Source of the DNA: Mobula hypostoma
Lineage: Eukaryota
Reading direction: 5' to 3'
Assembly (NCBI RefSeq): GCF_963921235.1
Contig: NC_086097.1
Location: 18,726,001 to 18,790,000 of the forward strand
DNA length: 64,000 nucleotides
The position numbers were made by a program, and so were the translations under genes. Under the pieces are notes generated by a model. The model was not told the DNA's origin. It saw nothing but the letters and a program-made list of their open reading frames with translations, and searched no databases. Positions 51,132-62,737 of this stretch are shown here, in pieces (within the stretch, counting starts at the first letter, position 1; every line of letters starts with the position of its first letter).

Positions 51132-53322
51132 GACCATAAGACGATAAGACTAAGGAGCAGAAGTCGGCCATTCGGCCCATCGAGTCTGCTCCACCATTCT
51201 ATCATGAGCTGATCCATTCTCCCATTTAGTCCCACTCCCCCGCCTTCTCACCATAACCTTTGATGCCCTGGCTACTCAGATAACTATCGATCCCTGCCTT
51301 AAATACACCCAATGACTTGGCCTCCACTGCCGCCCGTGGCAACAAATTCCACAGATTCACTACCCTCTGGCTAAAAAAAATTCTTCACATCTCTGTTCTG
51401 AATGGGCGCCCTTCAATCCTTAAGTCATGCCCTCTCGTACTAGACTCCGGCACCATGGGAAACAACTTTGCCGAATCCACGCTGTCCATGCCTTTCAACA
51501 TTAGAAATGTTTCTATCAGGTCCACCCTCATTCTTCCAAACTCCAAGAAGTACAGTCCAACAGCGGTCAAACGTTCTTCATATGTTAACCCTCTCATTCC
51601 CAGAATCATTCTAGTGAATCTTCTCTGAACCCTCTCCAACGTCAGCACATCTTTTCTTAAATAGGGAGCCCAAAATTGCACACAGCACTCAAAGTGAGGT
51701 ATTACCAGTGCCTTATAGAGCCTCAATATCACAACCCTGCTCCTATACGCTATTCCTCTAGAAAAGAATGCCAACATTGTTGAACGCCTTCTTCACCACG
51801 AACTCAACCTGGAGGTTAACCTTAAGGGTATCCTGCACGAGGACTCCCAAGTCCCATTGCACCTCAGAACTTTGAATACTCTCGTCATTTAAATAATAGT
51901 CTGCCCGTTTATTTCTTCTACCAAAGTGCATAACCATACACTTTCCAACATTGTATTTCATTTGCCATTTCTTTGCCCATTCTTCCAAATCGTTGATGTA
52001 CAAAGTAAAAAGAAGCAGCCCCAACATGGACCCTGTGGAACACCACTGGTAACCGGCAGCCAACCAGCATAGAATCCCTTTATTCCCACTCTCTGTTTCC
52101 TGCCAATCAGCCAACGCTCTATCCACGTATGTAACTTTCCCATAATTCCATGGGCTCTTATCTTGTTAAGTCGCCTCATGTGTGGCACCTTGTCAAAGGC
52201 CTTCTGAAAATCCAAATATACAACATCCACTGCATCTCCCTTGTCTAGCCTACTGGTAATTTCCTCAAAAAATTGCGATAGGTTTGTCAGGCAGGATTTT
52301 CCTTTTAGGAAACCATGCTGAGTTCTGCCAATCTTGTCATATGCCTCCAGGTACTCTGTAACCTCATCCTTGACGATCGAATCCAACAACTTCCCAACCA
52401 CCGATGTCAAGCTAAAAGGTCTATAATTTCCTTTTTGCTTCCTTGCCCCCTTCTTAAATAGCGGAGTGACATTTGCAATTTTCCAGTCCTCCGGAACCAT
52501 GCCAGAATCTATTGACTTTTGAAAGATAATTGTTAATGCCTCTGCAATCTCCACAGCTACTTCCTTCAGAACACGAGGGTGCATTCCATCTGGTCCGGGA
52601 GATTTATCTACCTTTAGACTATTCAGCTTCCTGAGTACTTTCTCTGTCGTAATTGTGACTGCGCACACTTCTCTTCCCTGCTACCCTTGAGTGGCCGGTA
52701 TACTGCTGATGTCTTCCTCAGTGAAGACTGATGCAAAATATTCGTTCAATTCCTCTGCTATCTCCTTATCTCCCATTACAATTTCCCCAGCATCATTTTC
52801 TATCAGTCCTATATCTACTCTCACCTCTTTTATTCCTTATATACTTGAAAAGCCTTCAGTATCTTCTTTGATATTATTTGCTAGCTTCCTTTCGTAGTTC
52901 ATCTTTTCCCTCTTAATGACCTTCTTAGTTTCCTTCTGTAAGCTTTTAAAAACTTCCCAATCCTCTGTCTTCCCACTAATCTTTGCTTCCTTGTATGCCC
53001 TCTCCTTTGCTTTAACTTTGGCTTTGACTTCTCTTGTCAGCCACGGTTGTATCCTTTTTCCATTCGAAAATTTCGTCTTTTTTGAAATATACCTGTCTTG
53101 CACCTTCCTCACTTCTCGCATAAACTCCAGCCACTGCTGCTCTGCCGTCTTTCCCGCTAGTGTCGCTTTCCAGTCAACTTTGGCCAGTTCCTCTCTCATG
53201 CCACTGTAATTTCCTTTACTCCACTGAAATACCGACACATCGGATTTCGGCTTCTCATTTTCAAATTTCACAGTGAACTCAATCATGTTATGATCACTGC
53301 CTCCTAAGGGTTCCTTCACCTC
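51132..53322 (-). mobile_element. 5'-truncated CR1 ORF2 (end of endonuclease, RT, tail)
   Basis: ORFs 52837-53319 (GSDHNMIEF), 51958-52668 (KSPGPDG, DFQKAFDKVPH) and 51385-52126. Closely related to the 30711-34300 element. Confidence 0.93.
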
Positions 53323-54696
53323 TTAGGAGGTGATTCTTACTTTGTTCCTGCCTGGAACCCAACCCAACTGCATCCTTCACGAAGGGCTAGTTAAGGTGAA
53401 TTCGCACAGGTCAGGAGAATCTAATACTCGTGGGTCTCGAGGGGAGTGATTTAAAGGCACAACAAGCAATCAGTTGGGGGAAGCCAGCAGGCCGATGCTG
53501 ATCAATCTATTGAGTTCCTCCAGCATATTGTGTGTTGCTCCACATTCCAGCATCTGCAGTGTCCTGTGTCTCCCAGACTTAAAGAGGACCTGAGGGACAA
53601 CATTGTTTAAACAGAAAGTGTTATCTATATGGAACAAGCTAACAGTGGAAGCGGTAGAGACACTACACTTAAACTAACTTGTCCATCTTATTTTGCACTG
53701 TATATTCATTTTGGAAATTACAGGTATGTCTTTAAACTCTGCTGTTGTCACAAAACTAATTTCATGTTATATAAGTTAGTGTAAAACCTGATTCTGATTC
53801 CTACACACCTACAAGAAAGGTTCAGAAGGATATGGGCCAAAGGCAAGCAAATGCAACTGGCCCAGATGAACAACTTGGTCAGCATGGATGATATGGGCTG
53901 AAGGGCCTGTTTCCTGCTGTACAACTAATGACTATGATTGTAACTCTATGATTCTTTCAGTGAGTGCATTTTGTTCATGGCAATTTGTTGTGCAGAAGGA
54001 AAATTCTCCTCATTGAAACCATGGGATATACACAATTTGAAATCCGTGTCCTCTGGTTACTGAGCCTCTTGTCTTCAGAAACAGTTTGTCCCTATCTAGT
54101 CTTTAAAAAAAACACTTTATAAATCAGATTAGAGTCACAGTACTACTAATCTGATCAATACTACTAAATTCCATTAATCAGAAACATGCATGTGGACTGT
54201 AGCCTCAGTAAAAACAGACTGAGCATTCTGGGCAGATGATGATGATAAATAGCAGTCACTAAACCAAATTACAACATGTAACACTTTGTTAAATTTTCAA
54301 TACAGTGACAAATCATCTGAGTGTACATCCCCTTAATCAAAGTCAGTTGTAATAAACATTCGATTTTAACGGCTGTATCTGATAGTGCTTGGCAGAGGTA
54401 CTGTGCACAGTGCATGAAGCCACATTACCTTCCTACACCACTAGAGAGTGGCCTGCCAATAATATGAGATTCAAATCAAGTTTAATTATCATTCAGCCAT
54501 ATACGGATACAGCTGAACAAAACAGCTTTCCACTGGGGCCAAGGTGCAAAACATACACAGCACATTCAAAATACTGAGCAAAAAAACATAGTCACACAAA
54601 AAAACATACATATATAGTCCAAAACCCTGAGCAACATATCCCACAATTGATCATCCCAGCAATGCAGCCCGTCATTCCACCAATCAACATTATATT

Positions 54697-55722
54697 TTAT
54701 ACTTTATACTTTATTGTCGCCAAACAATTGGTACTAGAACGTACAATCATCACAATGATATTTGATTCTACGCTTCACACTCCCTGGATTACAAATATTA
54801 AATGTTAAAGATATTAAAAGTAATTAAAATTAGTAAATATTAAAATTTTAAATCATTAATCATAAATAGAAAATAGAAAAATGGGAAGTAAGGTAGTGCA
54901 AAAAAACCGAGAGGCAGGTCCGGATATTTGGAGGGTACGGCCCAGATCCGGGTCAAGATCTATTCAGCAGTCTTATCACAGTTGGAAAGAAGCTGTTCCC
55001 ACATCTGGCCATACAAGTCTTCAGGCTCCTGAACCTTCTCCCGGAGGGAAGAGGGACGAAAAGTCTGTTGGCTGGATGGGTCGTGTCCTTGATTATCCTG
55101 GCAGCACTGCTCCAACAGTGTGCGGTGTAAAGTGAGTACACGGACGGAAGATTGGTTTGTGTGATGTGCTGCGCCGTGTTCATGATCTTCTGCAGCTTCT
55201 TTCGGTCTTGGACAGGACAACTTCCATACCAGGTTGTGATGCACCCTAGAAGAATGTTTTCTACGGTGCATCTATAAAAGTTAGTGAGGGTTTTAAGGGA
55301 CAGGCCAAATTTCTTTAGTTTTCTCAGGAAGTAAAGGCGCTGGTGGGCCTTCTTGGCATTGAACTCTGCTTGGTTGGACCAAGTCAGGTCATTTGTGATA
55401 TTGACCCCGAGGAACTTAATGCTTTCGACTTGTTCCACTTGCGCACCACCGACGTAAATTGGGTCATGCGGTCCGCTACTCCTTCTGAAGTCAACAATCA
55501 ATTTCTTCGTCTTGCTGACATTGGGGGATAGGTTATTGTCTTCGCACCATGCCACCAGGTTCTTAATTTCCTCTCTGTACTCAAACTCATCATTACTCAA
55601 GATACGGCCTACAATTGTTGTGTCATCAGCAAACTTATATATTGAGTTTGATGGAAACTTGGCTACACAATCATGGGTGTACAGTGAGTACAGCAGGGGG
55701 CTGACCTTGTGGGGCACTGGTG
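54697..55722 (-). mobile_element. Rex1/Babar-type LINE, 5' truncated
   Basis: 254-aa ORF 54953-55717 (SPLLYSLYTHDC, KFADDT, KKAHQRLYFLRKL, FFPTVIRLLN) and an (AAAGTAT)n-like tail. Confidence 0.92.
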
Positions 55723-57142
55723 CTCAGAGTGATTGTAGAGGAGAGCTTGTCTTTTAGCAGGCACCACCAGCGGGAAAGGCCTGTCTCCAACTAAGCACAG
55801 ATGCCATGCTGCACCGTCTCTGGCGTCTCTTCTCCAGCACTGCAACAGCAGGCAAGGCCATGGCTTGAGGCCTATTCCTTGCTACAAGCAAGGGCAGGCA
55901 GCTCCCATGCCGCCTTTTGTGCTATTGAACAAGGGAAACAGGCCGGCGGACTCTACAGCTGGTGGGGTGGAGCTACGATGGTGCTCAACAGCAGCTCTTT
56001 CGAGCTTATCTGCAGAAAAAAATTATTTTCTACCTTTTCAGGATGGATGGGGTTCTGCTGATGACCCTGGCTTGGAGTTACACTCAGTCTTCAGTTCTTT
56101 TCAATAGTGGGACCCGCTCCAGGGGCTCACACCATCCACTTTTTGAAATCCCAAGGACGCAGCCTAGAAAATGAATGTGCCTTTAGGGTTCTGAGGTATC
56201 ACAGCCCTGCAGATGGGCTGATTCTATGCCCGTGCCATTGACAGAAGTGCCATGGGAGAAAATGGAATATAGGGAACAGCGGAGCGGCTGTTGGAGGCTC
56301 CATACTCTGTGAATCTCTCTCTCTCTCTCTCTCATTGACAGAGAGTTTGTTGCTGATTCTGGAGAACTAGGAAAGAAAAGCAACGCGACAGATCATAAAT
56401 CAATAATTTGCTTTGTCATGTCTCCCCTCTCACTGTGAAAGGGGGACACCTTTCTTTATTAGGGAGAGAGAGCCTCTGGTATTTTGAATTGTCAGGCGAA
56501 CGATTAGTTTTTGTTGTACTGCAGGTCATGGTCTTTCTTAGGGGCCTTGCTATTGTATGCTTGGTGGGTGGAGGGTTTGATGCTTTTCTGCGGAAGTTGG
56601 CGTGGGTGGGGGAGGGTCGTTGGTGTGTTGCTGCTTGTGTGTGGGAGGAGTAGTAGGGGGGACTTTGGAGTTCTAACATTTTTACTGTTACTCATTCTTT
56701 GAGGCATTCTGTTTTCCTGGATGTCTGCGAAGAACAAGAGTTTCAGGATGTATATTGCATACATTTCTCTGATATTAAATGGAATGATTGGACTATTGAA
56801 AATGATCAATGTTCAGCAGGGTCTTGAGATCACAAGAGAGTTGTCCAATTCAATTAACCATCGTTACAGCATGCTGTCTTCGCGCACCAACTTTAATACC
56901 CTTGAGTAGAAGGCAGTTCCTCTGAACCTAATCCGACTCCACCAACATACTGGCTGGCTTCACTGACACCCTGGCCAGCTACTCTGATCAACGAGCAGCT
57001 CACTGATGGGATAGGCCTGCATTGCTGAAGTTCATGGAGTCCAATATTGTCTTGCGATCGTTAAAAAACACACTAACAAAGAAAAAACACCATTGATTGC
57101 ACCCACAGAGACCACTGAGTCTGAACATGCCGCTATCTTACC

Positions 57143-58285
57143 AGAACACACACAAAATGCTGGGGGAACTCAGCAGGTCAGGCAGCATCTATGGAAGTGA
57201 ATGAACAGTTGACATTTTAGGCCTTCTTCAGGACTGGAAAGGAAAAGGAAAGATGCCAAAATAAAAAGGTGGGGGAAGGGGAAGGAGGACAGCTGGAAGG
57301 CTGGAGAATAGATGAAGCCAGATGGGTAGGAAAGGTCAATGGCTGGAGAGGAAGGAATTTGATAGGGGAGGAGAGCGGACCATAGGAGAAAGGGAAGAAG
57401 GAGGGATCCAGAAGGAGGTAATGGGCAGGTGGGAAGAGCTATGAGGCCAGAGTGAGGAACAGAAGAGGAGGGGAGGGGGTGGGAAAACATTTTTTTACAG
57501 GAAGAAGAAATTGATATTGATATTGATTGAATATGAGCCATTTCTACGGCAAACTTTGCTATGTCTTGTGTTTACATTACAAAGAGCATTTCTCACACAG
57601 AAGTCATAAGTAACCTTGACTCTGAGTGTACTGAATGCCCCTCATGGGTTCCCTGATTAAATTCTTGACCTATGACCTAGTGGCAAGCAAAAACCTACTT
57701 GGGAAGCCTTATTAGTCTACTTAGTTTAGCCTTTCTACAACAGCCCATCCTGATGTCACAGAATCACATGTGTTAAATGGAACAAAAGCAGGTCATTCAG
57801 CCTAACCATCCAAGCTTCTTGCCATCTTTCCTCACCTAAATCTATTAACTGTAACCCTGTATTCCCTTCCCCCCTCTCTATTTACATTATCTTATTCCGG
57901 CTCCCCTCTTACCCTTTCCCCTCCTCACCTGCTTATCACCTCCCTCTGGATCCCCCTCTTCCATGATCCACTCTCATCTTCTATAGATTCATTCTTCATT
58001 CCTTTACCTCTTCCACCAACCAGCTCCATTCCTACCTCATCCCTCTATCCCACCCACTTTCCCCCTCACCTGGATTCACCTATCACCTGCCAGCTTGTAC
58101 TTCCCCTCTCCCTATCTTCTTCTTTTTGTGTCTTCCCCTTCCTTTCCAGTCCTGATGAAGGGTGTTGGCCTAAAATGCTGTTTATTCCTCTCTATAGATG
58201 CTGCCTGATCTGCTGAATTCCTCTATTCCCTTCACCTTCTCACAGATTTGTTTTTTGCAAAGGTCCCAGCATCTGCATTCTGTTA
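57143..58285. mobile_element. two degenerate PLE terminal repeats (57143-57520 minus; ~57900-58285 plus)
   Basis: Similar to the CAGTCCTGAnGAAGG...GATGCTGCCTGACCTGCTGAGTTCC end sequence, with mutated hammerhead cores. Confidence 0.65.
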
Positions 58286-59029
58286 TACCATCATCTGTTT
58301 GTTCCTGACATGTACCCAAACTATTTACCACAAACACACCCTCCGCTAGCAAGATCCACATTCTCACAATCTCTTGGGAAAAGAAGTTTTTAATTCCCCA
58401 CAAGATTCCTTGACAACCCTGATATGTTAATGGCCTTTAATTAAACTCTACCCTACAAGTGAAATGTTATCTTGGTATCAATTTCAGCATTGCTTTCTGT
58501 AAAGAAAAGAGACTAGACCAAGTTAGTTAACTCTTTCCTGATAGTATATTATAAAAGCATAAGATATAGGAACAGAATTAGGCCATTTGGCCTGTCATGG
58601 CCCATCATGGATGATTCATTTTCCCTCTCAGACCCAATCTCCTGCCTTCTCCTTGTATCACTTCATGTCCTAACCAATCAATAATCAATCAACTCTGCCT
58701 TAAATATATCCAATGACTTGGCCTCCACAGCTGCCTGTGACAAAGAATTCCACAGATTTACCACACTCAGGGACGGTGCTAAGGTGGTGCTAGCTGGTGC
58801 TATAGCACCAGCAGAAATTACAATAGCACCACCAAGAAATTAACTGAAATTTGTCCACTCTATACTTCTGCTTATTCGTTTGTTGTTGATGTCTTGCCGT
58901 TGCTGTCCTCAGGTCAGTTAAGCTGATCTAAGATCACTTAAGGTAGTGATGTCACTCACTCTCACTAACGTGAGAGATTGATAGTAAACATCCAGGCACA
59001 GATCCGTGGTCTTGCGAGACTAACGGATG

Positions 59030-59063
<34 letters not shown>

Positions 59064-59073
59064 CGTGCTTTTA

Positions 59074-59160
59074 CAAGCTAGCGAGATGGCAGTGCTACTG
59101 AACCTTCTGCAGACCCAGAGTAACCTCAGCGTCTCCCAGCTGGCACAGGCGCTCAATGTC
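59074..59160 (+). pseudogene. CDK12: captured CDK12-like C-terminal-region fragment
   Basis: [29 protein letters not shown] resembles the post-kinase segment of vertebrate CDK12 ([26 protein letters not shown], recalled from memory). Confidence 0.75.
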
Positions 59161-59162
59161 GA

Positions 59163-59609
59163 CACTTTAGGTTCTTTGCAGTCCTTTGCATTGATCTTGG
59201 CCGCCACCGCGGCTCTCGCCTGCTTCATTTTGCTGAGCTCGGCGCCCAGGCTGAACGTGAGGGTAAACTGCCCAGGGGAGATGCTCAAGTGCTGACTGGG
59301 AGATCGGGACTGCCTGTGCTTACTGTGCAACCGCGAGGGCCTCAAGTACAATGGGCTCTGGCTCCTCGACTTCACTGACCTTCTGGTCACTGGACTTTGA
59401 CTGAAGGATCTCCTGCTGCTGTAGGGGCTTATAGACCGCCGCCTGCCGTAGGGGCTTGCTGACCTCCCGCCGCACTCGTACGAGCTGCTGTGCCTGTCGT
59501 AACTGGGTGACCGGGGTGGTCTGCTGTAAGGGCTCGAAGACCTTTGCCTCCTGCCGTAAGGACTGGGCGACCGCATGTTATATCCAGTGTGATAGGCTGC
59601 GGGCTCCCT
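59163..59609 (-). pseudogene. CDK12: captured CDK12-like N-terminal RS-domain fragment (~149 codons, open)
   Basis: REPAAY...[18 protein letters not shown]...[12 protein letters not shown]...KSRSQSP...SISP...SLGAELSK...RAAVAAK matches the order of motifs in the CDK12 RS domain (CDK13 is the close paralogue). GC-rich relative to its flanks. Confidence 0.82.
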
Positions 59610-59680
59610 ACAAGTACAAAGTATGAAGTATATAAAGTAGTTTGGGCCTGACACGTGCATTATTTTGGCCGGTGTGAAAA

Positions 59681-62183
59681 ATGGATCGATTTTTAGTGAG
59701 AAAACGACCTCATCCAGAGGAATCAGTGGTGTTTCAACCTGAGCCTGTCTTAATTGAAAGTGACATGCAGAAAGAAGTAAGTGGGGATGAGGATGACAGC
59801 AGTTCATCGAAGGAGTGTGAGGGCGAAGTAGAGGAACAAGAAATGGAGCGGGATTCAGAAGAGAACGTGGATGAAGCTGCTCTTAGTGCTAGTGGGAATA
59901 CTGTTAGTGATGTTAGCCAGCAGCCTGAGGAAGGACCCCGTCGGCCAGGATTGAAAAAGTACCCTTCGCTGCTTGCAATGGCTTGGCAATCAGCAAAGGA
60001 GTTTTACTCGTGGCTGGTTTGACTGACTGGAATATTCGATCACGAAAGATACTACGTTCTGCTTCGCATGCAGGCATTTCCTGTGTGGAGGACATGGGTT
60101 CCATTCTGAGTCTACCTTCACTATCACCGGTTACCGCAACAGGCGGAAAGCTACAACAGCTTTCAAACCCACCATGTAAGTGCAGCTCATAAGTTTGCGA
60201 TGGAGGCATGGGCCGAATTCAGATTGAGAAAACAAGGCGGTTCAAGATTGGGAAATATGCTTGAAAAAGGACATGCAAAGATTGTCCAAGAAAGTCGTGA
60301 GTATATGAGAGCAGTGTTTGAGTCTCTACGCTATACTGCGTGCCAAGGCATTGCCCAGCGAGGACACCGGAAGGATGATGGATCTGGGAACAGGGAAAAC
60401 GTCCTGACGAAGGGTCTCGGCCTGAAACGTCGACTGCGCCTCTTCCTATAGATGCTGCTTGGCCTGCTGCGTTCACCAGCAACTTTGATGTATGTTGCTT
60501 GAATTTCCAGCATCTGCAGAATTCCTGTTGTTTACAGGGAAAACTTCGTTGAGTTGTTCAGTGAATTGGGAAGTTTGATAAGACTGTAACTAAAAAAAAT
60601 AGAGGACAATCCTGGAAATGCAAAATACACCGATCACGATATCCAAAATGAAATTATGGGTATTATGGCAGATATGGTCAGACGTCAAATAAGTGCAGAA
60701 ATCAAGGAGGCTGGGCATTTTGCCATCATGGTGGATGAAAGTAAAGACTTGAGTAAAAAGGAGCAAATATCAGTGGTGGTGCGGTATTTGAATAACGAAA
60801 CAGTGCTTGAAGAATTCCGACACTTCACTCCAGCAGAAGGGTTGGACGCAGAGTCGCTCCTTCGAAGCATTGAACAGACACTTGCCCAGTGTGTTATTGA
60901 TAAGAACGCGTGTATGGGTCAGTGTTATGATGGGGCGACAGTGATGCCCGGGTGCAATAACAGGGTACAAGAGAGGTTCAGGAAAGAGGTCCCGCAGGCA
61001 TTATATATACACTGCCATGCTCACAGACTTAACCTTGCTTTAGTGGATGTTGTGAGCAATGTACAACAAGAGGGCGGGTGAGTTTTTGAAACTGTGCAGC
61101 TGCTTTACAACTTCTTTTCAAACTCTGATGCCCACGATCTTTTCGTGAAGAAACAGAGAGAACTGGAATCAACTGCACAGTCCGTGGAGATGAAGAAATT
61201 GTCGGATACACGCTGGGCATGGCAGTATACAGCTTTGTGGGCTATCAGGAAATCACTCCCTGCCATTCTAGCTACACTACAGGATATTATGGGTCAAGCA
61301 AATGCACGAAGGAAAACGGAGGCCAGAGCTGCAAATGGATTGATTGACGAGCAGTTTGCTTTACTTCTCACTCTGTTTGAGGATTTATTCCAAGTAATCA
61401 AGTTCATATCAGACCAGCTACAATCTCCCAGTTTGGAGCTTTCATCCGCTGTGGACTTGGCTCAGTCTGTTATTGATGCACTCTCAGCGAAACAGGGAGA
61501 GGAATCATGGAGTGAAATTCAGGCAAGAGCTAGGGACCTGTGTGTCAAGGGCGGTATACAGAGCAGACCACATGAAAGGAACATCAGGCCCAGCCACCCC
61601 GCCGCCTACATGATTTTGTTGTTGAGGTCCAAATTGAACGCACACCAGTCACATCCTCTGATGACCTTTGCAAGCACTGTTTCTATCTGGTTATAGACAG
61701 ACTTCTGACTGAAATGAAAACAGGGTTCTTAATTGAGACTGGGGGTGTTCTGACTGGAGTCTCCGCACTGAGTCCCAAACACAAGTACTTCCTAGACAAG
61801 AATTGTCTTTGGCCAATGACCCAATACTATGGAGTGACTAAAGTGAACCTGACTGCAGTTCAGCATCTGCTGGAAACAAAACAAAGCCAAGGACATTCAG
61901 TGGAATTTCTAGCTCTAATGAGACCCTACTGTGATGCATTTATAGATTTTTACAAACTAATCTGCATACCACTGACTCTACCTGTGACATCTGCCTCATG
62001 CAAACGGAGTTTCTCTTGCCTCAGACTACCTAAATCTACTTAAGGAATAGCAGCAGCAATGCTCGGAACAGCAGCTTGGCCCTGTTGGCCATAAACAGCC
62101 AGAGGACCAAAGCATTTGGCATCCAGAAAATCACTGATGCTTTCGCCACCAATCACAACAACAGATGGATTGTGCTTCTCTGA
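59681..62183 (+). pseudogene. hAT transposase (TTF-type Zn finger, DUF4371-like region, C-terminal dimerisation domain), frameshifted
   Basis: MDRFLVRKR start, LEYS...FCFACRHF, RGH...N.ENFVEL, FAIMVDESKDLSKKEQISVVVRY, QCYDGA, YIHCHAHRLNL, LSDTRW and LTLPVTSASCKRSFS, with multiple frameshifts and stops. Confidence 0.92.
60401..60533 (+). mobile_element. 133-bp PLE terminal-repeat insertion with intact hammerhead core, inside the hAT transposase
   Basis: Perfect 11-bp TSD ACAGGGAAAAC (60390-60400 / 60534-60544). Removing it restores GSGNRENFVELF. Confidence 0.92.
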
Positions 62184-62737
62184 AAACATCAATGGTGAGT
62201 GCAGTTGATTTTTTTATAATTTGGGCCAAGACTAATGCTGATTATTATTATTATTATTATTTTGTGGTGGATACGCCATAGTCCTTATGTTTCCTGCAAA
62301 TCCTAAAATATTACATTTACTGCTATTAAGCCCGCTGGTTTTGCTTAGACTTCCAAGCAGTGATTCTGTTGATTTTTGTTTTAAATTCAGTAGTCGAATT
62401 AATTGAGGTATTGCATGGTCAGAGTATGATTTGTCCAACTCCTGGTAAAGCCTTGCATCTGTCGTTTGCCTTATTTCACTTTAATAACGGTGTATCTTTT
62501 GGCATTGTCTGTCTATGTAATGCAAATAGCAGTGGACATTGTGGGTTAGTGCTGTGTTTTTCAGTTGAAAAGTACGCATTTGACGCTGATTGCAGGATTT
62601 GTGCGTGAATCACGTTGTGCGCTGTGGTTCGGATGCTCTGTTGGTTTGTTTGTTTATGCTCTGTGTAGCCCGAATTGCCTCCGATGCTGTTGACACTGTC
62701 ACAGTTCACTTCTATATTATATCTATAAATTGCTGTT

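Larger units (their letters stand above)
58768..62737 (+). mobile_element. hAT DNA transposon (ZMYM1/Tip100-like clade); right end not seen (CR1 insertion runs off the window)
   Basis: Left terminus CAGGGACGGTGCTAAGG abruptly interrupts a CR1 3' end (58555-58767). Subterminal GGTGCTA repeats and a transposase pseudogene lie inside. Confidence 0.85.

Noticed and set aside
55740..57140. short ORFs in a probable retroposon 5'/3' UTR mosaic
   Set aside because: No protein motifs, and boundaries and family could not be supported by eye.
58965..59807. 280-aa ORF as a genuine host CDK12 exon or gene
   Set aside because: Only the central ~149 codons are CDK12-like. The flanks are antisense transposase and (TG)n, no kinase exons are visible in the window, and it lies inside a transposon. 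An acceptor-like TTTGTACTTGTAG precedes it, but I see no supporting gene structure.
59681..62183. domesticated ZMYM1-like host gene
   Set aside because: Multiple frameshifts and stops, a PLE insertion and a TIR-like end indicate a dead transposon copy.
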